A stretch of 64,000 nucleotides of DNA, taken from NCBI RefSeq assembly GCF_009914755.1, contig NC_060928.1; one strand, written 5' to 3'. Every line of letters begins with the position of its first letter. Positions within the stretch are counted from its first letter, which is position 1. This DNA is from the human T2T-CHM13v2.0 reference genome, Homo sapiens. A program made the position numbers and the translations under genes. Below the pieces are notes generated by a model. The model did no database searches. It had not been told where the DNA came from and saw only the letters and a program-made list of their open reading frames with translations. Shown here piece after piece: positions 30,200 to 43,700 of this stretch.

Positions 30200-30790
30200 A
30201 AAAACAAAAGGACATGTTCTACACTCCTACACTGAACTGTTGGGTAGGCAGAGGGTAGTATTATGAACTGAGATAGGAACTAATTGAGGAAGAATGAATT
30301 TGAAAGGAAAGAGATAAGTTAAGCTTTAGACACGTTGAGTTGGAGCTAACTGCAAGACAAACAAACAGAAACATTCGGCAGGTGGTTGTGTAGTGGCATC
30401 TAGAGCACAGAATACAAGTGAGAGTTGGAGGATTTAGAAAACAATAGCATGTAGGTAATGATGAACTCCATGGCAGTGGATGCAACTGATTACAAAGGGA
30501 AAATGGAGTGGGAGAGCTGGGATACTTAGAACCAAGCATGAAGAAACACCAGTCTGTAAGGGATGGATAGAAAAAGAAGAGTCTACTCTGGAGACACAGA
30601 AGGCATAGCAAGGGAGGTCATCTTACTACCAGGAGAATGCGCAGCCACAGCATCTGATGGAAGATTGTTTCCAAGAAGCAGGTGAATGCTGCTGGGATGC
30701 CAAAAATATGAGGGGTAAGGAGTGCACACTGGATTTAATAATAAAGCTGTCATTGCGCGATTTTTATCATATAGCCCTTTTAACTTCTGA
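30200..30790 (-). mobile_element. L2 remnant
   Basis: ttagacacgttgagttggag...ggcaggtggtt...catggcagtggatg is L2-like text; boundaries approximate. Confidence 0.55.
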
Positions 30791-30910
30791 CAGTATAAAT
30801 AACAAAAAAAGAGATGAAGAAAGAACATTAAAAATATAATTGATAATTTTAAGTTAATGAAAGTTATTACAGCTTTTTACATCTCAGATATAGAATGCAA
30901 TATATTTTCA

Positions 30911-31249
<339 letters not shown>

Positions 31250-32800
31250 TTAAACAGTATGTTTCAAGAAAAACTAAATAGAAAAACAGAATATACTTAA
31301 AAATTTTAAACCAAGGGTAAAAACAAAATTTCTAACATCTTCAAAAAGAAAATTTTCTGAATAACATTTGGTCAAGGATGGAATAAAACTAAAATTAAAG
31401 ACTTTCAAAAATACTAAAAATGGAAACATGCACGTCAAGGTTTGTGTATGTGATCTAAGATCTGCTCATCACAAATATTTTTTTATCACATAGTTTTTAA
31501 ATAGTTTCTTCATTTAAACAGACAGAATAGAAATAAAAGCAGCATGCAGTCCATGCAGGAAGTCTGTATTTTAAAAAAGATTAAAGATAATACAGATAAA
31601 AAGAAAAAATTAAGACAACAGGAAATGTGGAATTGATAAATCCATAAGAATTTTTTTAAAAGATCAATACAAATCAAATATATTACTTTTTTAAAAAAAT
31701 GCAAAATCTATAGGAACAAAACTATAAAAGCACATTGTATGTAGAAAAGAAGTCTTGAGCAGACCATATACTTAAATGTAAAAAATGAATATCCAAAGCT
31801 ATCAGTTCTTTTAAAAGTAATTTTGTTGTTGTTGTCACTGTTTAATTTTCTTAATTACTTTGGTGAAGATAGTGAGGAGACATAAAAAGTTGGCAGTATT
31901 ATAAGGAGGTGAGAAAGAAATGAAAATGCACTAAATGACATCTACTTTTACAACATGCTAACTAATAAATTCCAAATAACTAACATGTTTACTGTTTAAT
32001 ATTGAACTGATCTCAGAATAAAGTTAAACTTTCTAAGTACAATAGAAAAAATACACATGCAATTTTATAATAAAAATAAATTTTAAATATACAATTAGAG
32101 ATAATATTTGAAAAATATATATCATGAAATATATACTGAATATATACTAAATATACAAGTAGCTCTTGTAAGTCAAAAGGAAAAATAGGAATATCCCAGT
32201 TTCCACATAAGCATTTATGTGTATTTGTGTGGATATTTGTAATAAATATATAGATAAATGTTCAACCACACAGGTAATCAAAAACTATAATTTTAAAAAG
32301 TAATAAGAGTTTAAGTTTTGCCTATGTAATTGATGGAAGTAAAATTGATGCAAACTTTTTAGAGGCAAGCTGAAATATAAAACCAAGGCCCTAAAATACA
32401 TACACACTTTGTCTCAGTAATTTCACTTATTGTATTTAAACCTAGAGAATACTGAAGATGTACACGAATATGTATTTATAAGGTTTTCTACATTTAATTT
32501 ATTTATATAATATGTTTAATATATATTGATGTATAATATAAATTTAAGCAACAATTTATATTTCCCTTATGGAGCAGTTCTATGACAGAACATCATATGA
32601 CCATTACAAATCATACTGTAGGGAACCATTTGTGAAGGATGTCAGAATATACATGATAAACGGGGAAAAATAAAGTTATAAAATGAAGCATAGTGTGATT
32701 CTCAATAAAGTATTTAGATTCCTATATAAAATATACAGCACTATTAATACATGAACTATATAAGGCTTTGACAATGGTGCCTTATTCAAGATGATAGATA
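31250..32800 (+). mobile_element. Fragmented ancient L1 (L1ME-like)
   Basis: A-rich L1 ORF2/3'UTR-like patches (aaatgttcaaccacacaggtaatca, aaaattgatgcaaactttttagaggc); very diverged. Confidence 0.4.
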
Positions 32801-33723
32801 AGCCATTTGTGGTACTGATAGTGGAAGGTGGTAGGTAGATGAATACCGCCCTGCTTTCCACATGGCCGGTGAATGGTGTATAAGAAATCTAAAAGATTAT
32901 ACACATCCCATTGAGGGCTTACGGAAGTCCTGAAAATGCCAATGTTTTGATAGAGGCATATGATCAGGACCAAGCAACTCTCAAGTGCAGGCACCTCAAG
33001 ATCAGATGCAAGGAAGTACAAATAGAGATGCCAGAATATCACTCAAAAGCCAGATGAAGCTAATGCATCTCCATGATTATCGGTCATCCCATAATAGAAA
33101 CTCCTAGGCATCCAAATAATACTACAAGGAATCAAGAATCCCTTTGTTACTGATGCTATGAAGACATAGTAAGCTGACCTCATTTACCTGTATATTTTTG
33201 GGGGGATAGGGAAGAAGGAAAGTAAAATTCTAAATTACTGCTAATTTTTCTAAAAAGATAGAGTCATCCAAACTTTTTAAACCAAGCCTGAGGAGAAGCT
33301 AAATTTTGAACAGACTTTGATATTTAGATGGGAAGTAAGCTATTTAAACTAGAAGAAACCAAGGTACCACTAACTGGCAAGTCTAAATAGCCTAGACTAC
33401 TTGTAAGGGTTCGTGTATTCATTTTATTTTTCTGTGAAACAAATTACTACTCTAAATCCATCACCAAGAAATAACCATTGTTCATATGTTAGTATACTTC
33501 CTTCTAGTCTTTTTAATGTATTAAATTAAAATATTTTTAACTGATTAGTAGCCTATAGTTTTATTTAACATTATACAAAGAATCACAGATGTATACCTAA
33601 TATAACTCAGATGTGCAGGAAAAATTAAGGATGATAACAGAGAGTGATGGTCACAGGAAACAAACCTCTCTCTACCACAGCGAGGCTCATGAAGATGACA
33701 GTAGATGTAGAAAATAAAAACAA

Positions 33724-34031
33724 GGCCGGGAGCGGTGGCTCACATCTGTAATCCCAGCACTTTGGGAGGCTGAGGCAGGTGGATCACCTGAGGTGGGGAG
33801 TTCGAGAACAGCCTGACCAACATGGAGAAACTCCATCTCCACTAAAAATACAAAATTATCTGCACGTGGTGGCGCTTGCCTGTAATTCCGGCTACTTGGA
33901 GGTTGAGGTAGGAGAAACACTTGAACCCAGGAGGCGAGGTTTTGGTGAGCCGAGATCACACCATTGCACTCCAGCCTGGGCAACAGTAGTAAAACTCCAC
34001 CTCAAAAAAAAAAAAAAAAAAAAGAAAAGAA
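33724..34031 (+). mobile_element. Alu (AluSp-like)
   Basis: ctgaccaacatggagaaac, ggtgagcc and ccattgcac are Sp diagnostics; TSD agaaaa(t/g)aaaaacaa. Confidence 0.93.
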
Positions 34032-35316
34032 AAACAAAATTGCCTTCCTTGGTGTGGATTTGAAGTGATTTTATCTTTTCTCTTTTATAAATTTTCTATA
34101 TTTTTACTATTTCACATAGTGAGCATGTATTATTTTCATGGCAAAAACTCAATATACATTTTATATATCTGTAACTGTGGCTGCAGGAGCAAAGAATCAG
34201 AAAATTACTAAGCCCCCATATGAGCCTTTCTTCACAGCAGTAAACAACTTGAGAGATATCTAACATTTCCTCCTTGTGAATTTTTTTGGAACTAAACCAT
34301 AATATTAAAAAAGTATAGTGTTATGAGAACACTTCACCGCCAATTCAAAAACTGCTATGTTTCAAACTTGAATTCAGAAGGTGTTAATGCTTAAGCCAAT
34401 TGAAGGGAGCCCCCAAAGGATTTAAAGTGTATCACAACCCTGAGACTTTGTGTATGTACCATCTCAAATTTAATAAAAACAGTTCATGTTGAGTCCAAAT
34501 GTCACACTAACTGTGAGACTAAGAGACTAACAGCAAGTGTGTTTTTTGATGGCAGCTGCAGGCAAGACAGACACTATGTGCAAGTGATGCAAAAGCAGTT
34601 GCTGCGCCGTTATGTCCCTGCCAACATTTCCACTCAATGTCAGGATTGGCTGCAAAGAATAACTTCCTCCATTCTCAATTTTACATATGTGTATGCTTTA
34701 CACAAATAAGCAAACAGTGCACATATACGTGATTTCTGCAAACAAGACTCACACGGACTTATGCTTTCAGGTATACACCAACTTTAGATGTGTGAAAGTT
34801 AATAATATACTTTAATGTTATGAGTGGGATTTCATTCTCGCTGATTTAAAAAAATTATGAAACCACTAATAATATCTTGTTTGTAATATATAGTTTGACT
34901 ATATATTTAGACGTTTCTATATAACATTTTCTTAATTCTATTCCTTTGCTATTTTCCTTCACAAGTAAATCCACAGTAAAAATTCAAGAAATCTTTATCT
35001 GTGAGGTGAAAAAATTGATATCAATCATAGCAGCCTTTTAAATTCTCCCTTTTCCACTCCCTTGGAAAAGTAGAGACCGTTATGTAAGAAAATATTCAAA
35101 TAATTGTCTAAACACTTCTATAGAGTGATGGCAACACACCAACTCACAATTGTTTATTCATCAGCTTATACATAAATGTTTCAAATCGGGATTTAAAAAA
35201 GAGGTAAAGGGTCAAGTTATTATAAAAAGAAAGTATAGGATTTTAAAAATCCTGACTTCATAGAAGTCAAGGATTGACTATGGTTACAAATTCATCATCT
35301 TGGTAATTAAAAAGAC

Positions 35317-35496
35317 AGGCCTGCTTTTGTCAATAAAGTTTTATTGAAACAGCTACAATTAATCATGCAAATATTGTCGATGAGTGCTTTTGTATTACAA
35401 TGGCAGAGCTAAGTAGTAAGGACAGAGATCACATGCCTTGCAAAGACAAAAATATTTACTATCTTGCCCTTTAAGAAAAAGTTTTTGCTTACCCCT
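35317..35496 (+). mobile_element. MER58A-like hAT-Charlie
   Basis: aataaagttttattgaaacagc...acaatggcagagctaagtag...aatatttactatcttgccctttaagaaaaagttt. Confidence 0.75.
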
Positions 35497-35561
35497 CATG
35501 TAGGGCATGAATGAGTTCATATTGTATTTACTAATTTTTTGTTAAAAATCATATATTTTAC

Positions 35562-36543
35562 ATATATATTTATTGTGTTTTACTGTGCTTGGCTTTATTG
35601 CTCTTCACAGATACTGTGTTTTTTTGTTTGTTTTTACAAATTGAAGATTGGTGGCAATCCTTCGTGAAGGTCTACCAGCTCCATTTTTCCAACAGCATGT
35701 GCTTACTTCCTATCTCTGTGTCACATTTTAGAACTGTTGCAATGTTTTCAATGTTTTCACTAGTATATCAGTCATGGCAACCTGTGATCAGTGATCTTTG
35801 ATATTACTATTGTAATTATTTTGGAGTGCCATGAACCACACCTAAAAGACGGTGAACTTAGTCAATAAATGTTGTGTGTTCAGACTGTTCCAACTGATCA
35901 GACATTCCACCATCTCCCTCCCTCTTCTCCTTGGGCCTCACTATCCCATGAAACACAAAAATATAAAAGTTAGGCCAATCTATAACCCTACAATGGCCCA
36001 CATGTCTCTCACTTTAAATCAAAAGCTAGAAATGATTAAAGTGAGGAAGGCATGTCAAAAGTCAAGAAAGGCTGAAAGTTAGGCCTCTTGTGCCAAACAG
36101 CCAAGTTGTGAATGCAAAGAAAAAGTTTTTGAAGGAAATTAAAATTGCTACCCAGTGAATACACAAATAATAAGAAAGCAAAACAGCCTTATTGCTGATG
36201 TGGAGAAAGTTTTGAGTTTTCTGGATAGAAGATCAAACCAGCCACAACATTCCCTTAAGCCAAATTCTAATCCAGAGCAAAGTCCTAACTCTCTTCAATT
36301 CTATAAAGGCTGAGAGAGGTGAGTAAGCCAAAGAAGAAAATTTGAAGCTGACAGACATTGGTTCATGAAGTTTAAGGAAAGAAGCCCTCCTCATAACATA
36401 AAAGTACAAGGTGAAGCAGCAAGCGCTGATGGAGGATCTGCAGCAAGTTATCCAGAAGATCTAGCTGAGATCATTGATGACGGTGGCTATCATTGATGAA
36501 TGTGGTCTGAAACTGAGTGCACAATATCTCTCAGGTATGCATG
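35562..36543 (+). mobile_element. Internally deleted Tigger1 with N-terminal transposase remnant
   Basis: 5' Tigger1 text, SLTLNQKLEMIK-like pogo/CENP-B HTH remnant, and 3' end gcacaatatctctcaggtatgcatg. Confidence 0.85.
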
Positions 36544-38742
36544 TGTGTGTGTCTGTATATGTGTGTGTGTGTGTGTGAGTGAGTGTATGTGTATTCCCAC
36601 AGGTCCTATACAGAACAATATATGAAAGGGACTTAGACACAGTTTGTATCTGCTACTCATTGGTTTACTGCTCTTCACCAAAAAAGTTACAATTTAGATA
36701 ATATTTATGTTAAAATTTCAGAAAATAGTTATTTTGTGTCTTTAGCAATGTAAATGACTGTAACATAAAGTTTCTCAGGCACAACTTCTGTCTTTATGGA
36801 GAAAAAACAAGCAAAATTTTTGCTTAGTGGTTCTTCCAGTTTGGATTTCCAAGCATATAAATGAATGGTTTGCACTCTTTGCAACTATTGAAACATAATG
36901 GTACTAAAGCACCTGTCATTTTCATTAAACAAGGTAAGAGTCTATCTGAATTGTGAGACTGGGAGGGAAGTTGGTACAAATAAAACACTTTCTGGGATCT
37001 GAGTAGAGGTAGTGGAAGAGCAGCTGAGAAAAAACTTCAGAGTAAAGCTTTGCCCTGGAGATTACACCAAGAAGAATGCTTCAGGTTCTTTTACAGGACA
37101 ATTTCCCATTCTTAACATGCCTAATTTAATTCTTACATTATGGTATATTAATTTTATATCATAATATAATTTAATTTTTATATTATATTACAAATGTAAT
37201 TCTTAAACTATTTTCTCAGTTGGATAGGATATATCTTCAAGTAGGATTTTCAAGAATGTTTGGTGTGTAATGGTTTCTGAGCTCTTGCATATGTAAGTAC
37301 ATCAGCTTCGTCCATAAAAAATTTATAACCTAACCCTATATAATAATGTAAAGCCACTGCCTTTTTCTCTCAGAAATCAGCAGATACTGTTCCACTGGGT
37401 TCTACAGGGAAGTATAATGCTAGCCTGATTTTAGCATGTAAAAGATAAAACAAAACTGTAGATTCAGGAATCTTTTTAATGCTTTTTATCAAGTTTTTGC
37501 ACTAACTGTTCTTCCCCTAAGAACACTTAAAATTATTTAGCAATGTCCAGCTCTTTGTCCTGCACATCTAACATCTTTTCTCTCATCCATTTGAACTTTT
37601 TTACACCTTTCTTTAGCATTTAGGAAGAGCGTATTGTGTTTGTCTTCCAAATTACAGACATGATTTCTTAGTGTTAAATCTTTTTCTGCTGGCTCTGTGG
37701 ATTTAATGTGGCCACTGCATTTTAAAATTTCATTATTTAGTGCATTACACTTTTCTTCATGACCTTTTTTCTTTAGTTGGTTCTCTTTGTATAGATTTCT
37801 TATTCTGTTTTACAATAACTGTATCTTCTTACACTCTACTGAGACAGCTGGCCAATTTTCCTACAAGCTTTTCCTATTTCCCCTTTGAGTCTCCAGGAAG
37901 AATTTTAAAAATCTCCTTTTCGTTATAAAATGTTAAACATTAATTGTTGAATTTTTAAATAAATTCTAATGATAGGAGATTTATACAGAAAAGGTATTGG
38001 AGAAAGCCAAAACTATACAGCCTGGTCATCATAGACCCTGGTGAATTTTTGGAATCTATCAGGCTTTTATACCTTTTGTTTTTGTAGAATTAAAATGTAA
38101 TTTTCTTCTTTGAACAATTCCAGTTTCTAATTTTATCTCTGGCAATGGAACTTCATATTGGGAGGCAGTGTTTATTTGTCTTTCCCAAAAGTGCCCACCA
38201 GCCCCTTCCATGTGTTAGCAAATGTTTTGCTGTGAAGCATACGGAAATAACAAAAGAGATACAGAGAAAGCCATAAAGAGAAGAGAGAAGAGGGTAGGTG
38301 GATAATACTTTGATGTGTTCAAATAACAACAACAGTAATGACAGTGGCTATGCCTACAAAAATTCAATAGTTTATTAGTTTCTTTCTCCCAAATCCCTAC
38401 TCATTCTTTCTCCCTTGATTTGCTATCAATGAATGGAGACAGAGGAGTATTAGTGAAAATAGAGGTGGACTTTGAAGATAGCACTGTGAAGGACTCAAAA
38501 GTAGCAGACAAGCAGTAGAAAGACAGCGGCTCATCCTTTAAGAGGTTTCTAAACTGAAGACCCAAGACAGAGGCACAAGACGGAGTCTATATCTTTACTC
38601 TTTCGTTTCCTAGCTTGTTGAATTTTTAAATGAAGTGGTGTTAATGATCCATCAACTAAGATTTTCAACCCAAAAATATTAGGCTAAAATTAGTTATTAT
38701 GTTAAATACTATATATAGTATAATAATATATTATGTTAATGA

Positions 38743-39082
<340 letters not shown>

Positions 39083-39129
39083 TGACATGTCATTATTTTA
39101 TATTGTCTATGTCTTCACAGACATTTTAT

Positions 39130-39335
39130 TTCATTTATCTTATTTTTTATTGCTATATCATAGTTGTATATATTTTGGGGATACATGTGATATTTTGATA
39201 TTTGTATATGATGTGTAAATCACAGTAAATGGGATATTCATCACCTCAAAAATTCATCTTTTCTTTGTGTGGTGAACATCACAATTCTTCTAAGTATTTG
39301 GAATTATAGAATAAATTATTGTTAACTGTAATTAG
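39130..39335 (-). mobile_element. Old L1 3' terminal fragment (L1MA-like)
   Basis: gttgtatatattttggggatacatgtgatattttgata...ataaattattgttaactgta. Confidence 0.65.
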
Positions 39336-40719
39336 AAATCTAGTTTTGGCTATGCTAGATGTAGCTATTCCAGAGCCATTTAAAGGGTAAGCCCTAGTCC
39401 TAAATTATTAAGTCTGCTTCATCTGGCAACTCCTCTTCTGTGTTTCTCAGGTCCTGCCTGGAATCTCATGCTTGTCTACTGAGAGTCTTTCCTTATTCTA
39501 CATAACTCCTGTGAGGACTAGCTACTGTCTTCAACCCTTCAGGATAAAACGGTGATCATTACATGGCTCTAGTAAGAGTGGTTCTTGGTGTCCAGTGGTC
39601 TAGAACGCAACCATGTTGAGCATAATGACTCTTATATGACTTCCAAAATCCAAACTCCTTATGCTTCTACTGTAATACATAAGCTTGCTTTATCCTTCCA
39701 GGTAATGTGTTTTGTCTATTGCCTACATTACCATGTCTATTGCCTAATAGTATTAGGTAGGGATAATGTTGAAAACCCACTTCAGGATAACTTGGCTTCT
39801 TAACTTCCTCTTGCAGTTGGCTCTTATGGAATGTGCTTAGATTCCTGAACATGTCATAGCTTCTCTTTGCCTGAGTCCATACATGTTGTCTGATTTCTCT
39901 GGTTTTATTATCCTCACTCTGCTACTCTCAAATATTCACCTTTCTGTCTCATTTTTAGTCTTTATTTCCCTAGATGCAGATTATATTTTAATAATCCAGT
40001 TTCCTGTCTAATTTCCCTGAAATTGGGGTTCTGTTTTCATATTTCTGCAGTCATGCCTACTCTAACCAATTTTGTTAATAGTTTCCAATTTTACCTGCCC
40101 TGTCTATGGTGTCCTCACTGGCTTAGGTCAATATGGAATCCCTACGGGCTTCAGAGTCGACCAAAAGAGTAAAATACTATTAAATAACTATGTGTACTAA
40201 TGTGAGCATATGGCAGGAACCCAATTGCTAGAAATTTCACACTCTGCTGTAGATTTCAGCAATTAAAAAGTGTTAACGCTTTAAAAGTTGCTAATTTAAT
40301 GAGATTTAGAACCTTAACAGTATTTTATATAAGGTAGCATTCAGCATTTTTAATGCTATTACAGGTTTGTTTAAAAGGCAGAGAAACAAATTGATTAGTC
40401 ATGGTCCAGAGATACTCTTATCAACCAATCAGCTCTCAAATCCTTCTACCTTATTATAGCAACTGATTTAATTTTGTTGTACAATACTGTCCATTAGCAT
40501 AGCATGTTTTATTCAGTCATCTCCAGTAGTTTTTAGACTAATAAATTTCTGAAAGTCTCGCTACAAATGAGAAGTCCAAAGGAGAGTCAAATAGGAATTA
40601 CTTCCAGAAACAGCAACCATAAGCAGTTGAGGAAAAGACACAAGAATTATTACAAGATCAAAGCTCAAATTATTGGCCAGATACCAAGGTATCCACAGAA
40701 ATATAGCTCAAACCACAGA

Positions 40720-40990
40720 TGAAAGTAATATATGTAATGTTAAATTTTCTAGTAGCCATATTTTAAAAGTTTAAATAAAAAAGCAGGTGAGGTTAACTTT
40801 AATAATATATTTTATATAACCCCAATATATCCAAGTTAATATTTTGTTATTAAATCATCTGCAAGCGTGGCTAAGAATTAAAGACCTGGTGTGTATCTTA
40901 CACTGATAGAACATTTCATTTTGGACTAGTCATATCTCAAGTAATCAATAGTTACATGGGACTAGTGGCCACCATAGGGGACAGTTCAGG
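40720..40990. mobile_element. MER33-like hAT-Charlie
   Basis: aaattttctagtagccatatt...tttaataatatattttat...ttggactagtcatatctcaagt...actagtggccaccata. Confidence 0.7.
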
Positions 40991-41222
40991 TCTAGATTTC
41001 TATGTTATCTATAGAAATAGATAACATAGAAAAAATGTTCTAGAGAAAAAATAATAATTGATAAGTACGTGAGGTAAGGCAAATGTTAACTGGCTCGGTT
41101 TAGCTATTTCACAATGCATACATATTTCAAAATGTTGCACAGATTATATATAATTTGTCAATTAAAAATTTTTAAATGGTATAAAATAATTAATATGAGA
41201 GAAAATAGTTATTTTCTCTTAC

Positions 41223-41370
41223 CTGCACAAATCTTCTTTAATGTGAAGGGAAATCAATTCCTTAGGAATATGAAAGGAAAGAATGCTCTCTGACATCTGC
41301 TCTCGAATTCGCATCCACTTATTGTCAGATGTGGGAAATCTATATAATTTACATACTGGGTTCTTTAACA
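41223..41370 (-). CDS. INPP4B: INPP4B coding exon, 148 nt ([50 protein letters not shown], ~aa 230-279)
   Basis: Acceptor tttttttttccag|TG, donor GCAG|gtaaga; phase 1-2; peptide matches recalled INPP4B. Confidence 0.97.
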
Positions 41371-41508
41371 CTGGAAAAAAAAAGAAAAAATAATAGTTAA
41401 ATTCTAAGCAAATGCATGTCAGGTGAAGCTCAATTAATAAAACCATTAATCAAGATGGCATTTTTATTATTCATTTGATCCAAAATGTCTTTTTTTAAAT
41501 CAAAATCC

Positions 41509-41578
41509 ATTAGTGTATCTGAATTTCTAAGAATTTTATTTTGATTAGTGTATCTGAATTTCTAAGAATTTTATTTTG
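41509..41578. repeat. Perfect 35-bp tandem duplication
   Basis: attagtgtatctgaatttctaagaattttattttg at 41509-41543 and 41544-41578. Confidence 0.97.
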
Positions 41579-43430
41579 ACATCTTATTTTTTTCAGTAGC
41601 TTCTGAGACATATAATCTTTGTTAAATTAAAAAAAATTATACATCAAACTCCAAATCATAAATGTGGCTACTGTGGCTTTCTAGTTTACTACCTATTGAT
41701 TCTTCTCTTCTTCTAAAGTTTTATAAAGTGTATGTGTCTACAAACATACATTAAAGCATAAGTATGTACACCTAATATATACTTTGAACAAATATATTTC
41801 TGAATTTCTTCTGATCACTTTTAGTCAACTTTACCTATTTACATAGCAGGTCACAAACTGATATGTTATTTTAGGAGTTACAAAAGGTCTTACTAAATGT
41901 TATTTCTTACGTGTCAGAAAGGTTCACTCTTTTGTCTTAAAATCTGTAAAAATTCAAATACCAAGCATACTTTAGTGCCAATGAGTCAATAACACACTTT
42001 TCTGAAACCATGTATTATCAGAAGCAAGGCAGAGAGACTGTGAAGAAACTGTATTTAGGGTGGAGGGGAAAGGAACAAGGTCATGTAACCACAATTTTAA
42101 AAAACTTCAGAAAAAGCATATAGGATTAGATATTATGATAACATTTGATACTTATTAGTGAAGCCAGTACTCATACCACACTTTCAAGTCATCAGGGGAG
42201 AATTTCATTTCCATTGCTCTTCAGCAATGAATGCCTATGTCACACTTACACACCAAAGCTTAGTGGGCAACAAAATATCAAGTCAGTCACCAGTCAAGAA
42301 TCTATGATTAGCTGGCTTCAGTTTACAATAAGGCTAATTAAAAATATCAGTTGATATTGAAGCAGAAGGCTGTAAAAAATACTGAACATGGTATGTCGGC
42401 TAGATCTTCTCAATGTACAGGGAAAAATTCTTTTCAAAATTTTAGGGTCTGTAAGAACAACATATTTCATTCACTACTTGGGTAAAAATATATCTTCTTG
42501 AACACTGAAATGAGGATCTATTCATCCTTTCCTCTGCAATCATCCATTCTCAAAGGTACACTAGGGACATTATCATTATCAAAATTGGTACCATAATGGA
42601 AATTTTGATTTCGAACATCCCATTCTTCAACCACCAGATTCAAAACTTCTAGTACATGTACATGCGTCCTGCCAAGAATTAGAGTGCTTACTTTTCAACA
42701 GCACCAACAGAAGCCAGAAGAAAGTACACTATTTCTAGCATGTTGAGAGAAAATACTGCATTTTAAAATCTAGAGCTGTATGCTCCCAAAGATTATCTTT
42801 TGAATATAAGCACAATATTTAAATTTTGTCAATTTGGTTGTTTACAGAATATATATTTAGAGTTCATTATCTTTACTTTCTTTTGCCTGAAATATAAGAA
42901 CTTACAGCCAATCAATAAAAGAAAATAAAAAGTTTTAGTCATTTGTAAAGTGACAGTGTTTCAAAGATATAAGAATTTGATTACTGCTTCTATTATAGTA
43001 TCTCTGGAATAGGAAGAGAAAAAATATGTACTAAATTTATTATGGTGTCCATATACCAAATATGAGATCTCATGAATTCCCAATATATCTAACATGGTTA
43101 GGAATAAGCATGCATTATTTTATGGTAAGACAAACTTCAGTCCTTAAAATGGCCAAATTGTTTCTTATTTAGCAACATATATAAATATTTAGTTACTTAG
43201 TTTATCTAGAGTCAGTATAAGTGCTATTTTTCAACCTCTTTTTTTTTCATGATCACACAGAACTTTTGTATCTCCTAAAGCAAGGTTAAAAATCCTTGGA
43301 TTTTGCTTGCCTTTTATACATCAATAATAATTTTTTAGAAAAACTGTATTTTTAATTATGTCACAAAATATAAAAGTCTTCCTTTGTTGATCTCAAAACG
43401 AATCCTTCTAATTTTTAGTTTATTGTTTTC

Positions 43431-43700
43431 TTTTTTTTTTTTTTTGAGACAGGGTCTCATTCTGTCACCAAGGCCGGAGCTTAATAGTGTGATCTCAGTG
43501 ATCTTCCTGTCTCATCCTCCCAAGTAGCTGGGACTACAGGAGCATGCCAGTTTTTTTTTTCTTTTCTTTTTTTGTAAAGACAGGGTTTCACCATTGTTAC
43601 CCAGGCTGGTCTTAAACTCCAAACTCCTGGGCTCAAGCTATCCGCCCATTTCTGTCTCTCAAAATGCTGAGATTACAGGTGCAAGCCACCACGCCTGGCC
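43431..43700 (-). mobile_element. Alu (AluJ-like, internally deleted)
   Basis: gagacagggtctc and ctcctgggctcaagc are J-type text; TSD ttattgttt. Confidence 0.88.
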
